From assembly GCF_004010195.1 (NCBI RefSeq), contig NC_057757.1, positions 179,242 to 243,241 on the forward strand: a DNA stretch of 64,000 bases. Reading direction: 5' to 3'. The notes under the pieces were generated by a model. It was not told where the DNA came from. It saw only the letters and a list, made by a program, of their open reading frames with translations, and did not search any database. The stretch is from Chiloscyllium plagiosum. Taxonomy: Eukaryota. Every line of letters begins with the position of its first letter. Position 1 is the first letter of the stretch. Positions 1 through 12,048 of the stretch are shown here, piece by piece. Position numbers and translations under genes: made by a program.

Positions 1-140
1 CTCCGACAGTGCGGCACTCCCTCAGCACTGACCCTCCAACAGTGCGGCGCTCCCTCAGCACTGACCTTCCGACAGTGCCCACTCCCTCAGCACTGACCTT
101 CCGACAGTGCCCACTCCCTCAGCACTGACCTTCCGACAGT
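1..140. repeat. 32-33 bp minisatellite (CTCCGACAGTGCGGCACTCCCTCAGCACTGACC)
   Basis: Direct tandem repeats visible. Confidence 0.95.
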
Positions 141-149
141 GCAGTTGAT

Positions 150-950
150 GCTGATCTGCAGTTCTCCATTGAGCAACACACACAGCCCAGATAGTCAACT
201 ACAAAAGCAATCATCCCAATACCCACAAACGGAGCATCATCAGCCACAACAATGCTGTAGCAGCAAGGAACTACGAGCAGAAGAAAAATACCTATGCAGC
301 GTTTTCAAGAGCAGGTACCCAATAAACACTGTCCGCCAATTCTCAAACAACAAAACCAGAGACTCGAGCCACACTACCATACACCAGACTACTCTGACCC
401 CTTGGCATCGTGGGAGCCCACAAACCCACCAACACACTGGAACAACTACTAGTGAACCCAAAAGACCATGTACCACAACCAGCAACATGAATGTCATATA
501 CAAAATATCCTGCAAGGACTGCAATACGCATTACATCAGACAGACCGGCAGGAAACTAGCCAGCAGGATACAGGAGCACCAACCAGCCACCAAAAGACAT
601 GATCAGCTATCACTCGTATCCTTACACACAGGCAAAGAGGGACACCACTTTTACTGGGACAATACATCCATTCCAAGACAGGCTAAACAGAGACATGCAC
701 AGGAATTCCTAGAAGCCTGGCATTCAAACCGGAACTCCATTAATAAACACATGGGAGTTGAACCCCATTTACCAATCACTGAGTAAAAGAACTGGAAATA
801 TCACCCACCTTAATGGACCAAGTCAAATAAACAGAAAGCGGGACAGAACATCAATGCTTCAACAGAGGCTCACTGATGATGTTACCTAGCATGGTGACAA
901 AACATCTGAGAACAAACTTACCAGCTCAGCGAACAAACTCACAACCTGAA
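150..950 (+). mobile_element. Penelope-like retroelement 3' part (GIY-YIG endonuclease remnant plus terminal region with hammerhead motif)
   Basis: ORF 139-786 contains NVIYKISCKDCNTHYIRQTGRKLASRIQEH...EFLEAWHS..SINKH, typical of a PLE GIY-YIG domain. A CTGATGA hammerhead-like core follows at 873. Confidence 0.9.
869..910 (+). ncRNA. Degenerate minimal type I hammerhead ribozyme of a Penelope element
   Basis: CTCA-CTGATGA-t-GTTACC-tagcat-GGTGAC-AAAACATC-TGAG. Stem I (CTCA/TGAG) and stem II pair. GAAACGTC has become AAAACATC, consistent with two CpG-decay changes. Confidence 0.75.
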
Positions 951-1053
951 CAAGATCTCATTATCTGTTCCAAGTGAACACAGCACCAACTGGTGTCAAG
1001 CACATTGTAATGTGTAAATTGGTCTCAATTCATTAACACGAGCTTCGCACTAC

Positions 1054-1183
1054 CTGCCAGGATGTCGGTCTCCCTTCCCCTGGGAGACTGGCTGAAATCT
1101 ATTCCAGAACTATCAGACCGCCCAATGGAAACAGAGGATGTTTTGAGGCTGGGGCCTCGTGAAAAACTGCCGTGGCCCTCCAT
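1054..1183 (-). CDS. Candidate first coding exon of an unidentified gene (exon 1201-1054)
   Basis: Acceptor ttctttcattgcag| at 1201, an in-frame upstream stop, and a strong-context ATG (gaaATGG) at 1183. It reads MEGHGSFSRGPSLKTSSVSIGRSDSSGIDFSQSPRGRETDILA+G and ends at donor CAG|gtagtg. It lies ~1.4 kb downstream of the CpG island. Protein not recognised. Confidence 0.45.
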
Positions 1184-1354
1184 TTCTTCACTTCATATAT
1201 CCTGCAATGAAAGAACATTGTATGACACTTTCATCTCCAGCCATTGTACATTCCCAATGAGAATTCACACAGCTCCCCAAACTATCCATCTCAGATAAGA
1301 GAAATGCAAAATAGGAATTCTGAACCTGTGCAGTCATTGTCCTCAAAGTGTTTC

Positions 1355-2000
1355 AGGGATACAGTGTAGAGGGAGCTTTATTCTGTCTGTAACCCCATCA
1401 TGTCCCTGTCCTGAGAGTGTTTGATGGGAGAACACTGTAGAAGGAGCTTTACTCTGTATCTAACCCATTGTGTCCCTGTCCTGGGAGTATTTGATGGGGA
1501 GACCATGTAGAGGGAACTTTATTTGGTATCTAACCCCGTACCGTCCCTGTCCTGGGAGTGTTGAATGGAGGGACAGCATAGAGGGAGCTTTATTCTGTAT
1601 CCAACCTCATGTTCAGTAAGTGTTTTATAGGGGACAGTACAGACAGAGCTTTACTCCGTACCTAAACCCATGCTTATCCTTGTCCTGGGAGATTTTGTTG
1701 GGGGGGCGGACATTGCAAAGAAAGCTGTACTCTGTATCTAACCCTGTGCTGTCCCTACCCTGAAAATGTTTGATGGGGACAGTGTAGAAGGAGATTTACA
1801 CTGCACCTGACCCTGTGCTGTCATTGTGTTGGGAGTGTTTGATGGGAGGGAGCGTAGAGAGAGAGAGAGAGCTTTCATTTTTAAAGAGTGGAGGGAGTTT
1901 TATTTCCAGATCAAAAGAGTAGAGAAAGCTTTAGTTTGTATCTAATTTCCCATTCTGTCCCAGTCCTGGGAGTGGTGGACTGGGACAATGTAGAGGGTGC
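1355..2000 (+). repeat. ~70 bp satellite (GGGACAGTGTAGAGGGAGCTTTACTCTGTATCTAACCCCGTGCTGTCCCTGTCCTGGGAGTGTTTGATGG)
   Basis: About 9 diverged tandem copies. Confidence 0.9.
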
Positions 2001-2408
2001 ACTGCATGAGGTGATGGTTACGAGGGAATGTAAATATTGGTGCTCTCCTTTTTCTCCATGAATACACCAGAACTACACCACTATAGATGTGACATTTGAA
2101 AGTGAGTGAAATGAAATGTTAACCATAACGAGGAAGAATTTGTAAATTCCTGTGGAAGCATTCACATCCTGACAATGTCTGAAGAGCACCTCACACCGAT
2201 GACGTACTTTGGAAGGAGGGTCACAGTACAACAGTGACAGCCCTAACGATGCATGGCAGGATCCCAAAAACAAAAGACTTGGGGAATGCCACCAACACTG
2301 ACCCTGGTACCAGTGAGTGCACAGGGGTGATAGACCAAACCAAAGGTTACATGGGGTCTGTCACACCCAGTGGAGGGAGACAGGGCTTCATTCGAAAGAT
2401 TATACTTT

Positions 2409-2585
2409 TGACAGTGTGGCGCTCCCTCAGCACTGACCCTCCGACAGAGCCCATTCCCTCAGCACTGACCCTCCGACAGAGCAGCACTCCCTCAGCACTG
2501 ACCCTCCAACAGTGCGGCACTCCCTCAGCATTGACCCTCCGACAGTGCGGCACTCCCTCAGTGCTGACCCAGTGGCAGTGCTCCT
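2409..2585. repeat. 33 bp minisatellite
   Basis: Tandem CCCTCAGCACTGACCCTCCGACAGTG units. Confidence 0.9.
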
Positions 2586-2589
2586 TCCT

Positions 2590-2950
2590 GACTCTCCGTT
2601 TGATATTTTCTTTCGCCTCCTGTTGCCGGGGACACCCGTCCAACCGAACCTGCTCGCCGCGGCCTTCCGCGCTGATTGACGGTCCCTCCACCAATTAGAG
2701 CGCGGCTCCACACTAGCCCCGCCGAGCCGGGCCAATAGGAGGCAGGGACCAACCCTCCAGCAGTGTTGGTTGAGAAGGCACGGCGACCGTTGGAGCAGTT
2801 TCCCGGGCAACGGGGCCACGCGATGGTGGGGCGTGTCCTGGAGCCCCGTCGATCAGTCGCCTCCCACTCGCTGATTGGCCGCCGCCTGTTGCCCCGGGAC
2901 ACTGGTCGCTGGGGTCTGCGCACGTTTCCAAATTTGTCAATGGGCTCTTA
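2590..2950. promoter_or_regulatory. CpG-island promoter with multiple CCAAT boxes
   Basis: The only strongly CpG-rich unique stretch in the window. CCAAT/ATTGG-type motifs lie at ~2672 (ctgattga), ~2692 (ccaat), ~2732 (ccaat) and ~2872 (ctgattggc), with GC-box-like elements. Confidence 0.65.
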
Positions 2951-3240
2951 AAGGTACAGTCCCCGCCAGAAGTTGAAAGGTCAAAGTCTCCAGCCTTGGC
3001 ATCTCTGTCCACCCCCCCAACCAACCACCACCAGCCCAGAGAAGCCCTGAATGTTTTATTCTGCCTTCATTCCTCCACAGATGGAGCCCACTCCGCCCAC
3101 CACATCGGTGCTATCTCATGTTTGAGCTGACAAATTCCCAGCCTTCGATTTGCTTTCCCTGATTCACTCATGGGAAATGGGCTTCTCGCGCCAAACCGAC
3201 CGTCATTACGGCCATGTACTTGGTGCCATTCGAAAGGAAG

Positions 3241-4230
3241 CTAGAGTCATAGAGACGTACAGCACGGAAACAGACCCTTCGGTCCAACCTGTCCATGCCG
3301 ACCAGATATCCCAATCCAATCTAGTCCCACCTGCCGGCATCCGGCCCATATCCCTCCAAACCCTTCCTATTCATATACCCATCCAAATGCCTCTTAAATG
3401 TTACAATTGTACCAGCCTACACCACTTCCTCTGGCAGCTCATTCCATACACATACCACCCTCTGCATGAACAAGTTGCCCCTTAGGTCTCTTTTATATCT
3501 TCTCCACTCACCCTAAACCTATGCCCTCTAGTTCCGGACTCCCCGACCCCAGGGAAAAGACTTTGTCTATTTATCCTATCCATGCCCTTCGTGATTTTAT
3601 AAACCTGTATTAGGTCACCCCTCAGCCTCCAATGCTCCAGGGAAAACAGCCCCAGTCTATTCAGCTTCTCCCTATAGCTCAAATCCTCCAACCCTGGCAA
3701 CATCCTTGTAAATCTTTTCTGAACCTTTCAAGCTTCACAACATCTTTCCGATAGGAAGGAGACCAGAATTGTACGCAATATTCCAACAGTGGCCTAACCA
3801 ATGTCCTGTACAGCCGCAACATGATCTCCCAATTCCTGTACTCAATATTCTGACCAATAAAAGAAAGCATACCAAACGCCTTCTTCACTATCCTATCTAC
3901 CTGCGACTCCACTTTCAAGGAGTTATGAACCTGCACTCCAAGGTCTCTTTGTTCAGCAACACTCCCTAGGACCTTATCATTAAATGTGTAAGTCCTGCTA
4001 AGATTTGCTTTCCCAAAATGCAGCACCTCGCATTTATCTGAATTAAACTCCATCTGTCACGTCTCAGCCCATTGGCCCATCTGGTCAAGATCCTGTTGTA
4101 ATCTGATGTAACCTTCTTTTCTGTCCACTACACCTCCAATTTTGGTGTCATCTGCAAACTTACGAACTGTACCTCTTAAACTCACATCCAAATCAATTAT
4201 GTAAATGACAATAAATAGTAGACCCAGCTC
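3241..4230 (-). mobile_element. CR1-clade LINE (HER1-like) 3' fragment, frameshifted
   Basis: RT motif KFADDTKIGG, then MEFNSDKCEVLHFG...LEYCVQFWSP, and a CR1 3' UTR with a CTCTATGACT-type tail. Confidence 0.95.
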
Positions 4231-4239
4231 TAAGTTCCA

Positions 4240-4700
4240 GGTTCGTGGCCCATCAGCACCAAAGGAACAGTGATATATTTCCAAGTCAGGATGGTGAGGG
4301 GCTCGGAGGGGAACTTGCATGGGATGGTGTTCCCATGTATCAGCTGTCTCTTGTCCTTCTGGATGGAAGTGGCCGTGGGTTTGGAAGGTGCTGCCTGAGG
4401 ATCTTTGGTGAGTTTCTGCAGTGCATCTTGTAGATGGTACACACTGCTGCTACTGAGTGTCGGTGGGTAAGGGAGGGGATGTTTGTGGGTGTGGTGCCAG
4501 TCAAGCGGGGGCTGCTTTGTCCCTGGATGGTGTCGATCTTCTTGAGTGTTGTTGGAGCTGCCCCCATCCAGGGCCCCCATTCCCTCACACTCCTGACCTG
4601 TGCCTTATAGATGTTGGGATAGTCTTTGTAGGGGAGTCAGGAGATGAGTTACTCGCCGCAGTATTCCTAGCCTCTGACCTGCTGTTGTAGCCACTGTGTT
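4240..4700 (-). mobile_element. Second CR1/L2-group LINE family, 3' fragment
   Basis: WMGAAPTTLKKIDTIQ...HRHSVAAVCTIYKMHC. The same sequence recurs at 43880-44360 and in the long copy at 51440-53950. Confidence 0.85.
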
Positions 4701-5161
4701 AAAGGTCAATAAAGGCTGGTGCTGTTCCTGTCGACTGACCCTGAACTGTAGAGCCTCTGCCTTGAGTTGAAGGTATGTTATAAGTGCACATTTTCTTTCT
4801 AGCTGTTATCACGTCCCACTTTTGCCACGAATCTTCTAGCATGCTGGCAGGTGGGACTAGATTGGATTGAGATATCTGGTCAGTATGGGTGAGTTGGGCT
4901 GAAGGGTCTGTTTGTGTGCTATACATCTCTATGACGCTATGTTGCTGACTCTACTGCAATTAAAACTTATTCTCTCTATTTACAATGTCAAAACTCTTGT
5001 TTTATTTTTTATTTCTCTTGAGAATGTCACAACCTGGCACTTAATAGTCCTAGCTCATTAACGATTTCATGCAAATCATATTGACTTGGTACCTCTGGAA
5101 TTTTCCCCGGTCCTACAACATAGTGAGATCCACAGTTTCCTCCAATTCCAGCCTCTTTAAC

Positions 5162-5472
5162 TTGATTGATTGTTGCCACACGTACAGAGGTAAAGTGAAA
5201 AGTGTTGTTTATGTAGTAGATCATGCTCGGCGAGTGCATCAGGGTAACAGAACAGAGTGCAGGATAGTCTTACAGATACCGAGAAGGTGCAGAGAGAGAT
5301 CAGCTTTAACATTATAGAGGTCCATTCAAAATCTGACAACCGCAGGGAAGAAGTTGTTCTTGAACCTGTTTGTACGTGTGTTCAAACTTTTATACCTTCT
5401 GCCTGATAGAAGAGGGTGAAAGAGAGTGTAACTGGGGTGGGAGAGGTCTTTGATTATGTTGGATGCTTTCCT
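5162..5472 (-). mobile_element. Rex1/Babar-clade LINE 3' end
   Basis: The minus strand reads KASNIIKDLSHPSYTLFHPLLSGRRYKSLNTRTNRFKNNFFPAVVR, the characteristic Rex1/Babar ORF2 C-terminus. A 3' UTR ending in (AATC)n follows. Confidence 0.85.
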
Positions 5473-5589
5473 TACTTTAGTTATTAACCATGCCTCCTAA
5501 ATTCTCTTGATACACCCAGGATGTTGCTTCATTGACAGTTTCAGCTGTCTGACCTCTATCAATTTCACAGTGTTTATTTACACAATTTA

Positions 5590-5810
5590 TGTACAGCAAT
5601 AAACTATACATTCAGCTATAACGTGCATTTCATTAACGCAAATTCGCTATAACACGATTGACAAATTGGGGACCTTATTTCTAAAGCGTGTACTGGTATT
5701 GACGCAATCCCAGCCCTGTTAGTTTTAAAGCTGCTGCTTTTTACACGATTTTCTTATAACACAGGATTGAACAAGAACAGAACCAGTATGTTACGGCAGA
5801 ACTGACTGTA
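5590..5810. mobile_element. Tc1/mariner (Tigger/pogo-like) MITE, degenerate
   Basis: The right end ...GTTACGGCAGAACTGACTG|TA resembles a Tigger TIR plus TA target. The left end is eroded. Confidence 0.5.
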
Positions 5811-6737
5811 AACGATTTGGATGTGAATATGGGAGGCATGGTTAGTAAGTTTGTGGAGGACACCAAAATTGGTGGTGTAGTTAATAGTGAAGAATATTAT
5901 TCAAGACCACAAAGGAATCTTGATGAATTGGGCCAATGTGCTGAGGAGTTGCAGATGGAGTTTAATTTGAATAAAAGTGAGGTATTACAGTTTGGTAAAA
6001 CAAACAAGGGCAGGACTTTCACAATTAATGGTAGGGCCCTAGGGAGTGTTGTTAAACAGAGAGACCTAGAGTTTCAGGTACATAGTCCTTTGAAATTGGC
6101 ATCACAGGTCGACAGGATGCTTAAGAAGATGTTTAACACGGTTGCCTTCATTGCTCAGCCCACTGAGTACAGGAGTTGGGAATTCTTGTTGAGGTTATAC
6201 AGGAGGATGGTGAGGCTACTTTTAGAGTCCTGTGACCAGTTCTGGTCTCCCTGTTATAGGAAGGAAATTATTAAATTGGAGAGGGTTCAGAAGAGATTTA
6301 CCAGGATGTTGCTGGGATTGGAGGGTTTGAGTTATAAGGAAAGGCTGCACAGAAGCATAGGAGGCTGAGAGGTGACCTTATAAAGGTTTCTAAAATCATG
6401 ACAAGGTGAATAGCCAAGGTCTTTCCCCTGTGTTGGGGGGAGTCCAAAACGAGGGGGCATAATTTCAAGGTGAGAGGAGAAAGATTTAAAAGGAACCTGA
6501 GAGGCAACGATTCACAGAGGGTGGCTGCTGTGTCGAATTAACTGCCGGAGGAAGTGGTAGATGCAGGTACAGTTACAACATGTAAAAGACATTTGGGCAG
6601 GTATATAGATAGGAAAGGTTTAGCGGGATATGGGACAAACGCAGGCAAATGGGACTAGTTTAGTTTGGGACCATGATTGGCATGGATGAGTTGGACCGAA
6701 GAGTCTGTTTGCGTGCTATATGACTGTATGACTCTAC
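5811..6737 (+). mobile_element. CR1-clade LINE 3' fragment
   Basis: SKFVEDTKIGG...QFWSPCYRKEIIKLERVQKRFTRML plus a CR1 3' tail. Confidence 0.95.
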
Positions 6738-6934
6738 AAACAAACAGACCAAAACAAAAACCACATCCCTGAGCAGTTTCCTTCCTTGTCAATCAATTAC
6801 TGTCTCCATTAACATAGCTGGCGAATTTCAGAACTGTGTCAATGCTGGTTGGGGTCAAAGAGGTCAATGTATCAGCTTCAAGCAATGGAACCTAAGAAGA
6901 AACTTTGGATCAGGTTTAAATGCTGATTCCGAAG

Positions 6935-7200
6935 CCTCCACCATAAGGTTTGGACTGACAAGGGGCAAGTGACATTCACGTTATACAAATACCAGGCAGT
7001 GACTTTCTCCAACAAGAGAGAATCTAGCCACCACGCTGTGACATTCAGCGGCATTACCATCATTGAATCCCCAGACAATCTACACCCTGGGCGTTACCAT
7101 TGACCAGAAACTCAACTGGGCATATTGTATAAACACAATGGCTACAACAGCAGGTCAGAGGCTGGAAATCCTGCAGTGAGTAACTCACCTCCTAACTTCT
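6935..7200 (+). mobile_element. Second LINE family fragment
   Basis: Similar to the post-RT region (WADKWQV...) of the 51440-53950 family. Confidence 0.65.
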
Positions 7201-7202
7201 GA

Positions 7203-7340
7203 AGGAGAAAGTGAGGACTGCAGATGCTGGAGATCAAAGCTTAAAAATCTGTTGCATAAGCCCGAAACGTCGATTCTCCTGCTCCTTTGTTGCTGCCTGA
7301 CCTGCTGCGCTTTTCCAGCAACACATTTTTAAGTCCTGAC
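7203..7340. mobile_element. Short Penelope-related foldback element (partial hammerhead GCCCGAAACGTC)
   Basis: Shares arm sequence with the elements at 10507, 20169 and 52343. Confidence 0.75.
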
Positions 7341-7344
7341 TTCT

Positions 7345-8375
7345 GAATACAAGCCCAGCCCATCCAACCTTTCCTCACCACTGCCTTACACCCACACCAT
7401 TCATTAGAACTTCTCTGAACTGTCTCCAACACATTGACATCCTTCCTTACATAAGGAGACCGATTCTGTAACACAGTACTCCACATGTGCTCCATCAATG
7501 TCCTGTATAACTGACACATACCCTCCCTACTTTTGTATTCAGTCCAGCCTTGCAGAAAAGGATGGCATTCTATTACTTGCTGTTCCTGCGCACTGACCTC
7601 TCGTGATACTTGTACACAGAAACCCAGTACCCTCTGCAGTTGTAATCTCTCACCATTTAGATAATATGGCTCCCTTCCTTTCTTCCCGGCAAAATGGACA
7701 ATTTCACATTTTGTCACATGTTTGCCCACTGTCAGTTCCTCTCTATGCTGACTGGAACAAAGTCAGGCAGGTGGACATTACAGAATATGAGTCCCCTGAC
7801 TGGGGCTGTTAACCTGGTCCAATCAGGGAGTCCTGGCTGACAGATAGAAACAGGAGTGTCGGAGGTTCTGTTCTCTCTGAGAGCTGGCTCTGAGGGAGCT
7901 GGATCAGTGTCCTGGACTCTCTGCATGTAAGTAAAGGGTGACTTGGTGATGGCATACTGATCTCTGGGGAGTTATTTCACTATCCATATCTTTTCGTAGC
8001 TTCTTGATGTCTGCTTCCCAACCTACCTTCTTGCCTTTCTTTGTGTCATCAACAGATTAGGCAACCATACCTTTTATTCCTTCATCCAAATCATTTGTTT
8101 AAATTGTAAACCATTAAGGTCCCACCACAAATCTTGCCAACCCAAAAAGGACGCAGTCTTATCTCTTGCCTCTGCTTCCTCTTAGCCAGTTGATCTTGTA
8201 TTGATTCCGAAATGTTAACTCCACACCCTTACACCATGAGCTTTTAGTTCCCACAACAACCTCTGATGGCACCATATCAGTGCCTTCTGGAAGTCTGTAC
8301 ATCACCAGCTCCCCCCGAACCACAGCATGTTATCTCCTCAAAGAATGCCAATAGAGTGGTCACACCAGATTTCCT
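7345..8375 (-). mobile_element. Old CR1 LINE fragment interrupted by a solo LTR
   Basis: KCEIVHF...RSPYVRKDVNVLETVQR on the minus strand. Confidence 0.75.
7730..7979 (+). mobile_element. Solo LTR (~250 bp)
   Basis: TG...CA termini, CCAAT and an AGTAAA polyA-like signal. A related copy lies in reverse at 36609-36835. Confidence 0.65.
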
Positions 8376-8379
8376 GATT

Positions 8380-8790
8380 CTCACACACAAACATGCATTT
8401 ACACTCTCACACATGTACACACTCAGATTTACAGACACTCACACTCTGACACATTCACATGCACACACGTGTACTCACTCATACAGACTCATGTGCCACT
8501 GCGCACAAACACACAAACTCTCACACTCACACACACACTCACACACATACTCATACACAAATACTCATACACACATACTCACACACACACTCATACACAT
8601 ACACAAATACTCATACATACACATATACATACACACACATTCATACACACACTCATACACATACACTCATACACACTCACACCAAACACACACTCACACT
8701 CATACACACATACTCATACACACATACTCATACACACACACTCATACACATACACTCATACACACACACGTGCGCACACACACAGACATG
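8380..8790. repeat. CA-rich microsatellite
   Basis: (CA)n/(CATA)n/(CACT)n mosaic. Confidence 0.95.
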
Positions 8791-8811
8791 TAAAAAGATG
8801 ATGTAACAAGA

Positions 8812-9175
8812 AAGGGAGCTGGTGTAGTTGCTGGACTGTTAATCCAGAGACCCTGGTCATGTTCAGGGGTCTCAGGTTCAAATCCTGCCATGGCAGATTG
8901 TGGAATTGGAATTCAATAGAAATGAAATCTGGCATTAAGAGTCTAATGGTGACCATGAATCCATTGCTGATTGTTGGGAAACCCCATCTGGTTCAGTAAT
9001 GTCCTTCAGGGAAGGAAACTGCCATCCTTACCTGGTCTGGGCCTACACGTGACTCCAGACCCACAGCAATGTGGTTGGCTCTTAAACTGCCCTCTGGGTA
9101 ATTAGGGTTAGGTAATAAATGTTGGAGCAACCAGCGATGTCCACATCCTATGAATTATTAATTAAAAAAAGAAAG
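8812..9175 (+). mobile_element. tRNA-derived SINE sharing its 3' tail with the second LINE family
   Basis: A-box-like TGGTGTAG and B-box GGTTCAAATCC. The tail ggtaataaatgttgg...cacatcctatgaa-A(n) matches LINE tails at ~46950 and ~53900. Confidence 0.8.
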
Positions 9176-10506
9176 TTTAGCCAAGAATCATTGAAAATTA
9201 TCAATATAAATCTACACTGTACAAGACCCTAGAGCTCAAGGTCCAGATTGCATGGCATTACATTGAGCCTACATCACAGAAACAGGCCATTCGGCCTATC
9301 TTCTCCATACTGGTCTCCTCCCGCCCCACAAATATGCTTGTCCCCTTACATGTTTATCCAGCCTCAGTGTCCTTCTGCCTTCAATTTATCAACAGTATTC
9401 CCCTTTCCCACTCCCTGTGAGTATGCGTTCCACATTCTAACCTTCCCAACCCCCTGTGGGAGTGAGCCCCACTTTCCCCCCCAACCTCTGGGTGAGGACG
9501 TTAGTCCGCGACTGTCGGACATTGAGAGCCCATAGCCCAACTCTGGCTCCCTACGTCACAAAATCAAGGTTCCATCTCGCTCTGTCCAGTCCATTGGAAC
9601 TAGCAGAAGGAAGACAATGAACTTCACAACATCACAAACCAAGTGTCGATTCAAATTTAAATCAGAACCTGACGGTGTAACGGAAAACCAGAAGTTAGGA
9701 TGCTACATGGATTTAAATCAAACACAGAGATAGCGACTCCACACAGGCATCATCCCCAGAGACGAAAGAATTATTGGGCGTGGTGTACCACAATATCCAA
9801 TAAAATCTTCCCAAGTCAAGGTAACGGACAGAGATGTTATGTTAGAGGAGAGCCACAGGATTGTTCAATGTGATTCTTAAATCAGCAAAGGTTAACCCAA
9901 TAGATTCCCAGGGTCAGGCGATTGTCCCTGGGGGGAGAGACGATGGAGAGTGGGCCTTTGTTGAGAAGGCGAGAGTCGCTGAACGAAACGGATAAAATTC
10001 GGATGCTGGGGAGCTGCTGAGAGGGAATTCATCCTCGCTGCCCTCCCCACTCTCCCCATCTCTCTCTCTCCCAACAGGTAGCTGGCACAGGGGATCCCAG
10101 GATGGGAACAAGAGGTGAACATTTCCCGTCGGACTCAAGCAGAAATTTCTGCCTTCAGAGAATAGTAAGCCCAGCTGCTGCATTTCATGATCCCACAGCG
10201 GGTTCTGAGTGAGGTCCAATAGATCATTCAGCACTCAGGAATGAAGCTACATAGGGTGGGGGTTAGGGCAGGTAACTGGACATGAGGGAAATGATTAGCC
10301 TTGATCCGAAGGAACAGCAGTTAGACTTGGGTAGTACAATGGCCTACTCCTGCCCCTATTCCACTTTCTGATATCTTGTTATGGTGAACCCTTCATGAGC
10401 CAAGCAGAGGTTCAGGTCCAGGAGCTCTCCAAGAAGCTCAGGTCCTGCAGACGTTTCAGACAGTTTCCACCCATACATCACAGCCTGCTGCCCATCAAAT
10501 CACCAA

Positions 10507-10672
10507 GGAGGAAGTGAGCACTGCGGATGCTGGGGATCAGAATCCAGAGTATGGCGCTGGAAAAGCGCAGCAGGTCAGGCCCCTGATGAAGGGCTCTTGC
10601 CTGAAACATTGATTTTCCTGCTCCTCGGATGCTGCCTGACCTGCTGTGCTTTTCCAGCGCCACACTCTCAAC
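10507..10672 (+). mobile_element. Short Penelope-related foldback element with hammerhead core
   Basis: Inverted arms (gctggaaaagcgcagcaggtcaggc / gcctgacctgctgtgcttttccagc) surround CTGATGA-agggctcttgcct-GAAAC-ATT at 10583-10610. Confidence 0.8.
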
Positions 10673-10724
10673 CCAATCCAATCAGCAGCCTGCTGCTTAC
10701 ATCTCTCGTTTCTCTTCAGACAGA

Positions 10725-11170
10725 CTCTGGGAGTGTTTAATAGGGGGGCAGTGTACAGGGAGCTTTACTCTGTATCTAACCCCGTGCTGTCCCTGTCCTG
10801 AGAGTGTTAGATGGGGGACAGTTAGAGGGAGCTTTACTCTGTATCTAACCCCGTGCTGTCCCTGTCCCTGGGAGTGTTTGATGGGGGGGACAGTGTAGAA
10901 GAAGCTTTACTCTGTATCTAACCCCGTGCTGTCCTTGTCCCTGGGAGTGTTTGATGGGGGGGGACAGTGTAGAGGAAGCTTTACTCTGTATCTAAACCCG
11001 TGCTGTCCCTGTCCCTGGGAGTGTTTGATGGGGGACAGTGTAGAGGGAGCTTTACTCTGTATCTAACCCCGTGCTGTCCCTGTCCTGAGAGTGTTTGATG
11101 GGGGACAGTGTAGAGGGAGTTTTGCTTTTAGTTTAAAAGAGTAGAGGAGCTTTACTCTGTACCTAAACCC
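10725..11170 (+). repeat. ~70 bp satellite
   Basis: Period of 70 (tagagggag at 11041 and 11111). Confidence 0.95.
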
Positions 11171-11303
11171 AGTTCTGCCATATAGATAATGATCTGATGG
11201 GGGAGAGATGGATGAATAAATTGAGGAAGGTGATGGATGGAGAGATTGACAAAGAAAGGGATGGATAGAGAGATTGAGGGAGAAAGTGATGGATGGAGAG
11301 ATT

Positions 11304-11803
11304 NNNNNNNNNNNNNNNNNNNNNNNNNNNNNNNNNNNNNNNNNNNNNNNNNNNNNNNNNNNNNNNNNNNNNNNNNNNNNNNNNNNNNNNNNNNNNNNNN
11401 NNNNNNNNNNNNNNNNNNNNNNNNNNNNNNNNNNNNNNNNNNNNNNNNNNNNNNNNNNNNNNNNNNNNNNNNNNNNNNNNNNNNNNNNNNNNNNNNNNNN
11501 NNNNNNNNNNNNNNNNNNNNNNNNNNNNNNNNNNNNNNNNNNNNNNNNNNNNNNNNNNNNNNNNNNNNNNNNNNNNNNNNNNNNNNNNNNNNNNNNNNNN
11601 NNNNNNNNNNNNNNNNNNNNNNNNNNNNNNNNNNNNNNNNNNNNNNNNNNNNNNNNNNNNNNNNNNNNNNNNNNNNNNNNNNNNNNNNNNNNNNNNNNNN
11701 NNNNNNNNNNNNNNNNNNNNNNNNNNNNNNNNNNNNNNNNNNNNNNNNNNNNNNNNNNNNNNNNNNNNNNNNNNNNNNNNNNNNNNNNNNNNNNNNNNNN
11801 NNN
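11304..11803. other. Assembly gap (500 N)
   Basis: Run of N. Confidence 1.
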
Positions 11804-12048
11804 GGTCCCAAGGCAGAAGATGAAGCGTCCTTCCTCCAGGCATTGGGTGGTGAGGGAGCGGCGATGGAGGAGACCCAGGACCTGGGCATGTCCTCGACAG
11901 AGTGGGAGGGGGAGTTGAAGTGTTCAGCCATGGGGCTGTGGGGTTGGTTGGTGCGAGTGTCCCAGAGATGTTCTCTCAAATGATCTGCAAGTAGGCTTCC
12001 TGTCTCCCCGATGTAGAAGAGACTGCATCAAGAGTAACAGATACAGTA
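11804..12048 (-). mobile_element. Penelope-like element GIY-YIG fragment (second family)
   Basis: Minus strand LYIGETG...REHLWDTRTNQPHSPMAEHFNSPSHS. Confidence 0.85.

Noticed and set aside
5027..5239. Minus-strand ORF followed by AATAAA as a possible last exon
   Set aside because: Its 5' half lies in the Rex1 3' UTR, it has no convincing acceptor, and the peptide is unrecognised.
11152..11983. Long ORFs spanning N runs (also 47668-48441)
   Set aside because: They are artefacts of assembly gaps.
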